The notes below the pieces were generated by a model, which searched no databases, had not been told where the DNA came from, and saw only the letters and a program-made list of their open reading frames with translations. Positions 23,832 to 31,540 of a stretch of DNA of 32,000 bases are shown in pieces. The stretch is from Patescibacteria group bacterium (GTDB lineage Bacteria > Patescibacteriota > Patescibacteriia > 2-01-FULL-39-33): contig JBAZMW010000002.1 in the NCBI GenBank assembly GCA_041649575.1, forward strand, positions 150,001-182,000. Direction: 5' to 3'. Each line of letters starts with the position of its first letter. Positions within the stretch are counted from its first letter, which is position 1. A program made the position numbers and the translations under genes.

Positions 23832-23875
23832 TATAAAATACAGCCCTGTTTTGATAAAAATAGATTAAATAAAAT

Positions 23876-26344
23876 ATGAACCTCAATATCTCCTACAACT
23901 GGCTCAAAGAATATGTCAAGACAGACTTGATGGCTCATGAGTTTGCCAAAAAATTGTCTCTGTCTGGTCCTTCGGTTGACAGAATCAAAAAAGTCGGGGC
24001 GAATTTTGATAAGGTGGTGGTTGGCAAGATGCTGGAAATTAGCAAACACCCCAACGCCGACAAGTTAAATGTGGCCAAGATAGACATCGGTAAAAAAGAA
24101 CCCATTCAGGTTATTTTTGGACAGATGGCGGTGTTGAAAGTCGGGGATCAGTTACCGGTCGCTGTGGCGCCAACCAAGCTGCCTGGCGGCATAGAAATAT
24201 TGGAAAGGGAAATGCGAGGCGTCAAATCACAAGGGATGTGTTGCCTGGACAGTGAGCTGGGTTTGTCCGATCAAGACAAGGTGACGTTTTTTCCGGCAAA
24301 GATAAAACCAGGAACTCCGATCGCCCAGGCACTGGAATTGAAAGAAGATTATATTTTGGATATCGAGGTCACTTCCAACCGGCCCGATGCCATGAGTGTT
24401 ATTGGTATTGCTCGTGAAGCCGCGGCCATACTTGGCGACAAATTTTTATATCAGGAGCCCAAAGGATTGCCACCAGTCTCGCCGAGCCTAGGCGGACGGT
24501 CGCGTCGCTCCCTCGCAATGACATTAAAAGTCACCGTCAAAGAGCCAAAGCTTTGCCCGCGCTACCAGGCGGCAGTGATGACCGGCGTCAAAGTCGAACC
24601 GTCACCACTTTGGATGCAGCAGCGATTATTGGCTTCCGGCTTGCGGCCAATCAATAATTTAGTCGACATTACTAATTATATTTTGTTGGAATTCGGACAG
24701 CCGATGCATGTTTTTGATTATGATAAACTGGCCGCCGCCGAGATTAATGTGCGCCTGGCTAAAAAAGGCGAGACTATCTTGGCGCTTGATGGCAAGGAAT
24801 ATGAATTGGATGAAAAAGTGTTAATTGTTGCCGATGGCAAGAATCCTTGCGCTGTTGGTGGCATAATGGGTGGCGAATTATCCGGCGCAACCGGTATAAC
24901 CAAAAACGTAGTTTTGGAGGTTGGTAATTGGGACCCAGTTAACATCAGAAAGACCGCCAGAGTCCTAAATTTGCATTCAGAAAGCTCTGATTTATACGAG
25001 AAGGGTCTAAGCCCGGAAGGCACCCAATCGGCTCTCTTACGGGCCATGGAGCTGGTCGAGGATTTGGCCAGTGGCCAATTGGCCGGAGAAATCATTGATA
25101 TTAATAATTACAAACATAAGGTTAAAGAAATAAAACTGGACACAGCCAATGTCAGTCGCTTTTTGGGCGTGACTATCACAAACTCACAAATTAAAGAAAG
25201 TCTAGACTCTTTGGGTTTTGAAGTTTACCCTGTTAAATCCCGCTCTAAGCGGGACGGCTCTGCCGTACTTAACGGGGTAAAAGTGCCCTGGTGGCGTGAT
25301 CGGGATATGGAAGGCGAACATGACCTGATCGAAGAAGTGGCGCGGCTTTATGGCTATCATAATTTGCCCACCAAGTTAATGGCCGGCGACCTGCTTTCCG
25401 CTGTCATTCCGAGCGAAGTCGAGAAATCCCTTAATTTTTATTGGCAAGACAAGGTAAAGGACATTTTGGCCGGCTTTGGTCTGACCGAGATTTATACCTA
25501 CTCCTTCATCTCCGAAAAGCAAATTAATAATTGCCGCTTAAACGCCTCGGCCCATCTGAAAATTTCCAACCCCTTGAGCGCTGATTTTGAATACCTGCGC
25601 ACTTCGCTCTTACCCGGCGCTTTGCAGATTATTATCGAAAATGCCGGCTTTTTTTCAGAGGTCAAGTTATTTGATCTATCCAATGTTTATTTGCCGGTTA
25701 AAAAAGATGATTTGCCTCTGGAAAAAACAACGCTTCTTGTCATCGTTTCCGCCAAAAGCGGGAAAGCGGCCCTAAATGAAGCCAAAGGTATTTTTGAAGG
25801 CTTACTAAAACGTCTGAATATTTCCGATTTTAAATATTTAAAAGCTGACAATGCCGAAGGTGTTTATTGTCCGCCGAATTCGCGGATTATCGTGGCAGAA
25901 AAGGGGATTGGCAGTATTAGTCTGGTTGAGCCGAAAGTCTTAGCGGCTTTTGGCGTCAAAAACGACGTGGCCTTTATCGAGGTGGAGTTTGAAGCCATTG
26001 CTTCTCAAGCCAAATCCGCTCCTGCCTATCACTCGATTCCCAAGTTTCCGGCCATTGAGCTTGATCTGTCAATGGAAGTTGATAATGTCATTACTTTTAC
26101 CGAAGTGGCCAATGTTGCCAGCGATGCCGGCGCGCCTTTGGTTGAAAAAGTCGATTTCCTGTCAGTTTATCAGGGAGATCCGTCCCAGGCCGAGGCCAAG
26201 AAGCTGGCTGTAAATAAAAAAGCTTTGGCTATTAGAATCGTTTACCGCGATTTAAACAAAACCCTGGAGCTGGCCGAAGCGCAGGCCGCGCATCAAAAAA
26301 TTGTTGCCGCTCTGAAAAAGGGGTATAATATAAAAGTGAGATAG
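23876..26344 (+). CDS. pheT: Phenylalanine--tRNA ligase beta subunit
   Basis: N-terminal tRNA-binding domain (HPNADKL), B3/4 (CPRY...NYILLEFGQPMHVFD), B5 (DLIEEVARLYGY) and a C-terminal anticodon-binding-like domain. Confidence 0.92.
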   Translation: MNLNISYNWLKEYVKTDLMAHEFAKKLSLSGPSVDRIKKVGANFDKVVVGKMLEISKHPNADKLNVAKIDIGKKEPIQVIFGQMAVLKVGDQLPVAVAPTKLPGGIEILEREMRGVKSQGMCCLDSELGLSDQDKVTFFPAKIKPGTPIAQALELKEDYILDIEVTSNRPDAMSVIGIAREAAAILGDKFLYQEPKGLPPVSPSLGGRSRRSLAMTLKVTVKEPKLCPRYQAAVMTGVKVEPSPLWMQQRLLASGLRPINNLVDITNYILLEFGQPMHVFDYDKLAAAEINVRLAKKGETILALDGKEYELDEKVLIVADGKNPCAVGGIMGGELSGATGITKNVVLEVGNWDPVNIRKTARVLNLHSESSDLYEKGLSPEGTQSALLRAMELVEDLASGQLAGEIIDINNYKHKVKEIKLDTANVSRFLGVTITNSQIKESLDSLGFEVYPVKSRSKRDGSAVLNGVKVPWWRDRDMEGEHDLIEEVARLYGYHNLPTKLMAGDLLSAVIPSEVEKSLNFYWQDKVKDILAGFGLTEIYTYSFISEKQINNCRLNASAHLKISNPLSADFEYLRTSLLPGALQIIIENAGFFSEVKLFDLSNVYLPVKKDDLPLEKTTLLVIVSAKSGKAALNEAKGIFEGLLKRLNISDFKYLKADNAEGVYCPPNSRIIVAEKGIGSISLVEPKVLAAFGVKNDVAFIEVEFEAIASQAKSAPAYHSIPKFPAIELDLSMEVDNVITFTEVANVASDAGAPLVEKVDFLSVYQGDPSQAEAKKLAVNKKALAIRIVYRDLNKTLELAEAQAAHQKIVAALKKGYNIKVR

Positions 26345-26450
26345 AAAAAGTTTTTAAAGTTCATAAAGTTAAAAGAAAGATGCTGTCAGGCTTAATAAAG
26401 ACTTTATAAACTTTTTACTTTATAAACCTTACTAACTAATTATCATTCCC

Positions 26451-26753
26451 ATGCTTGAAACATCTAAAGACCTTTTTTGGGTCGCTCTGTCGTTTGCCAT
26501 CTTCTGGGTCGGCATCGCTGCCGGGTTTGGTTGTTTTTATTTGGCGTTGGTCTTAAGAAATTTTTGGCAAATTAGCTCTAGTGTCAAGAAAAAAATCGAA
26601 GCCGTAGAAAAAATTGTCGCCGCTTTCAAGGGCAAGGTGGAGAGTACTGCCAGTTTTGTCCCGCCGCTGGTGGAAGGCGTGACCAAAATCGTCGAAGCCA
26701 TTGGCGAAAGAAAAAAGGCCAAGTCGGCAAAGAGAAAAGAAAAAAAGAAATAG
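26451..26753 (+). CDS. Small membrane protein (100 aa) with Lys-rich tail
   Basis: Two hydrophobic segments at the N-terminus and a C-terminus of KKAKSAKRKEKKK. A terminator follows. Confidence 0.6.
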   Translation: MLETSKDLFWVALSFAIFWVGIAAGFGCFYLALVLRNFWQISSSVKKKIEAVEKIVAAFKGKVESTASFVPPLVEGVTKIVEAIGERKKAKSAKRKEKKK

Positions 26754-26770
26754 CAATATCATTTTTGTTA

Positions 26771-26794
26771 AACGGCCTTAAGCGGCCGTTTTTT
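26771..26794 (+). terminator. Intrinsic terminator
   Basis: AACGGCC / GGCCGTT stem followed by a T-run. Confidence 0.75.
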
Positions 26795-26812
26795 GTGTTT
26801 TTAACATCTTTC

Positions 26813-26995
26813 TGTTATATTAAAGTGGTCGGTTGACGGGAATGACAGCCCCAAAAGGCCAAGAGTCCAGGGAAAGGTACTAGGAGCACTGACCGCTTTG
26901 AAAGCAACCGTCTAGCAAGTAAGCCAGAAGGCCTGGCTGGACGATTCTGTCGACCGATTCCGGGGAGCTCGCGGAGGCAAAAGCGGCTCCCCTTT
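26813..26995 (+). promoter_or_regulatory. lysS 5' leader: extended -10 promoter, ~130-nt multi-helix domain closed by a long-range P1, then a terminator-like hairpin (riboswitch- or T-box-like attenuator candidate)
   Basis: TGTTATATT (26813-26821). P1 is TCGGTTGAC (26829-37) / GTCGACCGA (26949-57). Internal hairpin AGCCAG/CTGGCT (26922-38). GGGGAGC/GCTCCCC hairpin (26962-92) followed by TTTAT. The region is more GC-rich than its flanks. Confidence 0.45.
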
Positions 26996-27056
26996 ATCGA
27001 TCTTGATTATTTAATCCTTTTTTTGTAAAATTAAAACATTAAACCATTCCCAATTT

Positions 27057-28553
27057 ATGCCAGAAGACAAAAATAAGACCGATTTAGACGAACGCAAAAT
27101 GCGCTTGAAGCGCTTGGAAAATATCAAAAAATCGGGCAGCAATCCGTATCCGGAAAAATTTGACAAACAACAAACACTGGCCGACGCCAAAACTCTAAAA
27201 GAGGGGACCGAGGTCAAAACCGCCGGCCGCATTCTTACCATTCGCGACATGGGCAAAATTATTTTTTGCCATTTGCAAGATTTTAGCGGTAAGTTACAAG
27301 TTGTTTTGAAAGAAGATGAGGTTGGCAAAGAAAAATTAAAATGGTTTTTGGATAATTTTGATCTGGGCGATTTTGTCGGCGTGGCCGGCGAGATTTTCAC
27401 CACCAAAAAAGGTGAGATCTCCATTTTGGTTAAAAAATACGATTTTTTGGGCAAAGCGCTGTTGCCTTTGCCGGAGAAATGGCATGGCCTTAAAGACGCG
27501 GAGCTTATCTATCGCCAAAGATACTTGGATTTGGTAGCCAATGAAGAATCGATGGCGCGCTTCAAATTACGTTCAGAAATTGTCAAGGCGCTGCGCGAGT
27601 TTTATTGGGGCAGGGGATTTATCGAGGTAGAAACGCCGATTCTCTGCAATACCGCCTCCGGCGCTATTGCCAAGCCGTTTGTCACTCATTACAACGCTTT
27701 GGATTTGGACGTCTATTTGCGTATTGCTCCGGAAATTTATCTCAAAGAATGCATTATCGGCGGACTGGAAAAGGTTTTTGAAATTGGCCGCTGTTTCAGA
27801 AATGAGGGCATGGATCCGTCGCATCTGCAGGATTTTACCATGGTGGAGCATTACGCGGCTTATTGGAATTATGAGGACAACATGAAGTTCACCGAAGAAT
27901 TGATTTGCCATCTCCTGGATAAATTTTTCGGCGGCCGAAAAATAAAAATCAAGGATCGAAAAGGGGAGCTAAAAGAAGTCGATTTTATGCCGCCTTGGCC
28001 GCGGGTGAGTCTGCGGGAACTGATAAAAAAAGACAGCGGTATCGATATTGACAGAGCCGTCACCGCCGAAGAATTGGCTAAAGAAATAAAAAAGAAAAAA
28101 ATTGAAATCGAAGGCGCCGAAAGGTTGAGCCGCGGCGGCTTGATCGACTCTTTGTACAAGCAGGTTTCTCGGTCCAAGCTGATTCAGCCGACTTTTTTAA
28201 TCCAGCATCCGCTCGATTTGTCGCCACTGGCTCGGCGCAGCGACGACAATCCGGCCGTTGTCGATCGTTTTCAGCTGATTGTAAATACCTGGGAGCTTTG
28301 CAATGCTTATTCAGAATTAGTCGACCCGCTGGATCAGAAAGAAAGATTCGAAAAACAGTCAGTCGCCAAGGACGCTGGCGATAGCGAGGCCCATGGCAAA
28401 GACGATGAATTTGTGGAGGCCCTGGAGCATGGCGCGCCGCCAATTTCCGGCTGGGGTCTGGGCGTTGATCGTTTGGTGGCCTTGCTGACTCAACAGGATA
28501 ATTTGCGGGATGTTGTTTTGTTTCCCCTTATGCGACCCCAAAATAAAGAATAA
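27057..28553 (+). CDS. lysS: Lysine--tRNA ligase, class II
   Basis: OB-fold N-domain, then class II motifs: ETP.L, FEIGRCFRNEG, and GWGLGVDRLVALLT. Confidence 0.93.
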   Translation: MPEDKNKTDLDERKMRLKRLENIKKSGSNPYPEKFDKQQTLADAKTLKEGTEVKTAGRILTIRDMGKIIFCHLQDFSGKLQVVLKEDEVGKEKLKWFLDNFDLGDFVGVAGEIFTTKKGEISILVKKYDFLGKALLPLPEKWHGLKDAELIYRQRYLDLVANEESMARFKLRSEIVKALREFYWGRGFIEVETPILCNTASGAIAKPFVTHYNALDLDVYLRIAPEIYLKECIIGGLEKVFEIGRCFRNEGMDPSHLQDFTMVEHYAAYWNYEDNMKFTEELICHLLDKFFGGRKIKIKDRKGELKEVDFMPPWPRVSLRELIKKDSGIDIDRAVTAEELAKEIKKKKIEIEGAERLSRGGLIDSLYKQVSRSKLIQPTFLIQHPLDLSPLARRSDDNPAVVDRFQLIVNTWELCNAYSELVDPLDQKERFEKQSVAKDAGDSEAHGKDDEFVEALEHGAPPISGWGLGVDRLVALLTQQDNLRDVVLFPLMRPQNKE

Positions 28554-28569
28554 AAAATAATTTAAGTTT

Positions 28570-29136
28570 ATGAAAAGAAAAAAAATTATAGTAGTTATTA
28601 TCATTGTAATCATCATTGTCGTTATTACTTTGTTTTTTATTTTTTTAAAACCACTTTCTTCTTACTTTAAATCGAAAATCCTGGATTATCAAGAGAGCCA
28701 ATGTGAGAAGCAAAACGGATTATGGTCGTGTAATGAGTCGTTTGGTGGCTGCATGGGTGGTTATGCGTGTATTTTGCCTTTTAAAGACGCCAGAAAGCCG
28801 TGTCAGAATCCAGGTCAATGCTCAGGCAAACATTGTATTTTGTCAGATGAGCAGTTGAATCAACTAAAAGTAGTACATATAAACGGATTTTTTTATTCTT
28901 ATTTTAGCAGTCAGAAAGTTCCGGTTTTTCATTCAGAATTGTGCCCGTCTTGTACCTTAGAATTTGATCCATTATATGCTACGAAATATGAAGAGTGGCC
29001 TGAAATTATGGACTTGCCGTCGGGTTTTAGTAATCAAGGGGTTTGTATCTCTTATCCGATGGGAAATTGTGATGGAATTTTGGAAATGGATAATAATAAA
29101 ATTAAAATATTAGCTAATGAATGTCTTTTTTACTAA
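28570..29136 (+). CDS. Membrane-anchored or secreted Cys-rich protein (188 aa, 12 Cys)
   Basis: N-terminal hydrophobic anchor IIVVIIIVIIIVVITLFFIF, followed by 12 cysteines. AT-rich. No family recognised. Confidence 0.6.
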   Translation: MKRKKIIVVIIIVIIIVVITLFFIFLKPLSSYFKSKILDYQESQCEKQNGLWSCNESFGGCMGGYACILPFKDARKPCQNPGQCSGKHCILSDEQLNQLKVVHINGFFYSYFSSQKVPVFHSELCPSCTLEFDPLYATKYEEWPEIMDLPSGFSNQGVCISYPMGNCDGILEMDNNKIKILANECLFY

Positions 29137-29137
29137 T

Positions 29138-29596
29138 ATGAAAAAACTTTTTTTTCTCCTCTTGCCGGCTGCGGTTTTAGTTTTAGCCGGTTGCGGCTCC
29201 CAGCAACCCAACGCCAACACTATCGGCGGAGTTTTGGATTTAAGTAAATCGGCCCAGGAAATACAGAAAGACAGTGCCAGCCAGTCGGCTGTCACCTCCG
29301 AGGATAACGTGGACAACATCTATAAATTCTATAATTTGAACAATCAGGTCAAGGATGAAGCGGCTGCCAAAGACGCCATCAGCCAAGGCCTGGCAGACGG
29401 CAAAAATCAGACGGAATTAAATAAAACCCTGGCCAGAGACAAAGATTTTGGTTCGGCCTATCTTTTGGGCTACACCTTTGGCTGTAAAGCCACCGGCAAA
29501 GCCGAAACGGATTGCCAAAACGAGATGGGGCAGAAGCTCTCGGAAATCATGGTGGAGGATCTGCAAAATCAAATTCCCGGCGCCACGCAGCAATAA
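29138..29596 (+). CDS. Lipoprotein (lipobox LAGC)
   Basis: The track start is 29117. ATG 29138 gives MKKLFFLLLPAAVLVLAGC, a classic signal peptidase II signal. Confidence 0.7.
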   Translation: MKKLFFLLLPAAVLVLAGCGSQQPNANTIGGVLDLSKSAQEIQKDSASQSAVTSEDNVDNIYKFYNLNNQVKDEAAAKDAISQGLADGKNQTELNKTLARDKDFGSAYLLGYTFGCKATGKAETDCQNEMGQKLSEIMVEDLQNQIPGATQQ

Positions 29597-29611
29597 TTTT
29601 ATAATAAAAAT

Positions 29612-30865
29612 ATGTTAGACATTAACAAAATTAGAAACGAACTGGAGGAAGTCAAAAAAGCCCTAGCTAAAAGAATGCCACTAGCCGCTATTGATAGCGC
29701 TTTCAAAAAAATAATTACGCTTGACAATGAGCGGCGTGAACTCTTAAAAAAATCAGAAGAACTAAAATCAGAGAGAAATATTGCCAGTAAAACCAAGCCC
29801 ACTCCGAAAATTATTGCCAAAATGAAAGCGGTGGGCGAGGAGATTCAGGGATTTGATGAAAAGTTAAAAAAAGTGGAATCAAATTTTAACGAAGCTATGG
29901 CCGAGCTGCCCAATATTCCGGCTGCTGATGTCCTGCCGGGTGGCAAAGAAAATAATCGGGTCATCAAGACCTTTGGCGAAAAGAGGGAATTCAATTTTAC
30001 ACCCAAAGATCATTACGATTTAGCTGTAGCTTTAGATATTATTGATTATGAACGCGCCGTCAAAATGTCTGGTTCCGGTTTTTGGATTTACAAAGGTGCC
30101 GGCGCCATTTTGGAATGGGCCATTTTATCGTATTTTATAAAATTCCATCAGGCTAATGGCTATATTTTCATGATCCCGCCCTTTTTGCTCACCGAGCAGT
30201 CAGCTTATACTTCCGGCCACCTGCCTAAATTCAGAGACGATTTATTTTGGACTCAAGACAAGCAGTGTCTCAATGCCACCAGCGAAATGATGTTGGGCAA
30301 TTACCATCGTGACGAAATTATTCCCGAGCAGTCGTTGCCTCTTAAATATTGCGCTTACTCGGCTTGTTTCCGGCGTGAAGCCGGCAGTTACCGCAAAGAA
30401 GAAAGGGGAATGATCCGCGGCCATCAATTTAATAAAATAGAAATGTTCCATTATACTCGGCCAGAGCAATCCTGGGATAGTTTTGCCGAGCTGGTGGCCA
30501 GTGCCGAGAAATTAGTTGAGGGTCTAGGTCTGCATTATCAATCAGTACAATTAGCAGCCGAAGACGCCAGCGCCGCCATGGCCAAAACCATTGATGTAGA
30601 GGCCTGGATTCCTAGTATGGCTAGTTATAAAGAGGTAAGCAGTGTTTCCAATGCGCTTGATTACCAGGCCAGGCGAGGCAATGTGCGTTACAAAAATAAG
30701 GAAACAGGCAAAAATGAATTTGTTCATACTCTAAATGCCTCTGGTTTGGCCACTAGCCGTTTGATTCCGGCAATTTTGGAACAACTCCAGAACGCGGACG
30801 GCTCGGTGGACGTGCCAGAAGTTTTGCAGCCATTCTGCGGTTTTGATAAAATTTTCAAGTGCTAA
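29612..30865 (+). CDS. serS: Serine--tRNA ligase
   Basis: N-terminal coiled coil (MLDINKIRNELEEVKKAL), then class II motifs: SGSGFWIYKG, FRREAGS..., and TLNASGLATSR. Confidence 0.93.
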   Translation: MLDINKIRNELEEVKKALAKRMPLAAIDSAFKKIITLDNERRELLKKSEELKSERNIASKTKPTPKIIAKMKAVGEEIQGFDEKLKKVESNFNEAMAELPNIPAADVLPGGKENNRVIKTFGEKREFNFTPKDHYDLAVALDIIDYERAVKMSGSGFWIYKGAGAILEWAILSYFIKFHQANGYIFMIPPFLLTEQSAYTSGHLPKFRDDLFWTQDKQCLNATSEMMLGNYHRDEIIPEQSLPLKYCAYSACFRREAGSYRKEERGMIRGHQFNKIEMFHYTRPEQSWDSFAELVASAEKLVEGLGLHYQSVQLAAEDASAAMAKTIDVEAWIPSMASYKEVSSVSNALDYQARRGNVRYKNKETGKNEFVHTLNASGLATSRLIPAILEQLQNADGSVDVPEVLQPFCGFDKIFKC

Positions 30866-30869
30866 GTTT

Positions 30870-30919
30870 TAAATGAAAATAAAACGAGCTGGCCGAATCG
30901 TGTTGATTCAGCCAGCTCG
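30870..30919 (-). terminator. Hairpin terminator shared by convergent serS and island D gene (T-run on the minus strand)
   Basis: CGAGCTGGC (30885-93) / GCCAGCTCG (30911-19). The run of A's on the + strand upstream reads as a U-run for the minus-strand transcript. Confidence 0.65.
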
Positions 30920-30938
30920 GTTGTAGCGTGGTGGCTTA

Positions 30939-31436
30939 CTATCTGAGGTGTAGAGCTTTCACCTCCGGTCCCTCACCGAAACACTTGCGTCCCGCCGGTG
31001 ACCCCGCAAGAAGCCGCAGACTGCAGGTTCGCTTGGCTTTCTCGACTTCCTCCATCAGGATTTGCAGTACGTAGAGGAGTCGGTCGACCGAGATCAACCT
31101 GGTCTTCAACTGCACACTTTCGGTCTCCACGTCGATACTGCCGACATGTTGCATCCGCCGCGTGACTTGCAGTTTGGGTCTGCGGCCCTCGACGGCTTTG
31201 ACCGCCTCCCGTGTCAAGACGATGACGTCAGAGCAGTTGAACTCCGATTCCCTCAGTCGTCGGCCGAATTCCCGGATGTGTTTTCCGTCCGTGCCGGATT
31301 CGCCATCCGGGTCAGGCATTTCGAACAGGAACATACGCTCCAAGGCTCTCCGCAGGTCATCTCGTGGGTCGATCCCGACGCTCCTCTCTTCTTCCGACAA
31401 CTCTTGTTCTCCCATTTCTGGCTTACCTTTCAGCAT
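30939..31436 (-). CDS. Hypothetical protein (165 aa), GC-rich island D
   Basis: ATG preceded by the SD GAGGAG (minus strand). It is the longest ORF in a stop-depleted region. The acidic N-terminus gives no recognisable motif. Confidence 0.6.
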   Translation of the reverse strand: MLKGKPEMGEQELSEEERSVGIDPRDDLRRALERMFLFEMPDPDGESGTDGKHIREFGRRLRESEFNCSDVIVLTREAVKAVEGRRPKLQVTRRMQHVGSIDVETESVQLKTRLISVDRLLYVLQILMEEVEKAKRTCSLRLLAGSPAGRKCFGEGPEVKALHLR

Positions 31437-31505
31437 ATGTTTCCTCGCTCCTCAATGTTTTCCACCATAGTCCTAGCAAGCCACCGTTGCTAAGGTACTA
31501 ATTAT

Positions 31506-31535
31506 ATTATACCCCATAAACCCAAAACTTGTCAA
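31506..31535 (-). promoter_or_regulatory. Sigma70-type promoter for island D (minus strand)
   Basis: On the minus strand: TTGACA (31535-31530), 18-nt spacer, TATAAT (31511-31506). It lies back to back with the ftsQ-like gene start. Confidence 0.55.
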
Positions 31536-31540
31536 GAGAA

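Noticed and set aside
26829-26992. Considered calling the lysS leader a bona fide T-box, lysine riboswitch or SRP RNA.
   Set aside because: Only short partial resemblances were found: GGGGAGCUCGCGG versus the T-box core, GGGGAGC.UCGC versus the L-box, and GUCC-AGGGAAA-GG versus SRP helix 8. The order and number of helices do not fit any of these, so it is kept as an unclassified candidate.
31062-31493. + strand ORFs 31062..31493 and 31162..31470, opposite the island D gene.
   Set aside because: They have no SD and no promoter in the + orientation. The promoter, SD and terminator geometry all support the minus-strand ORF, although only weakly, because no homology is available.
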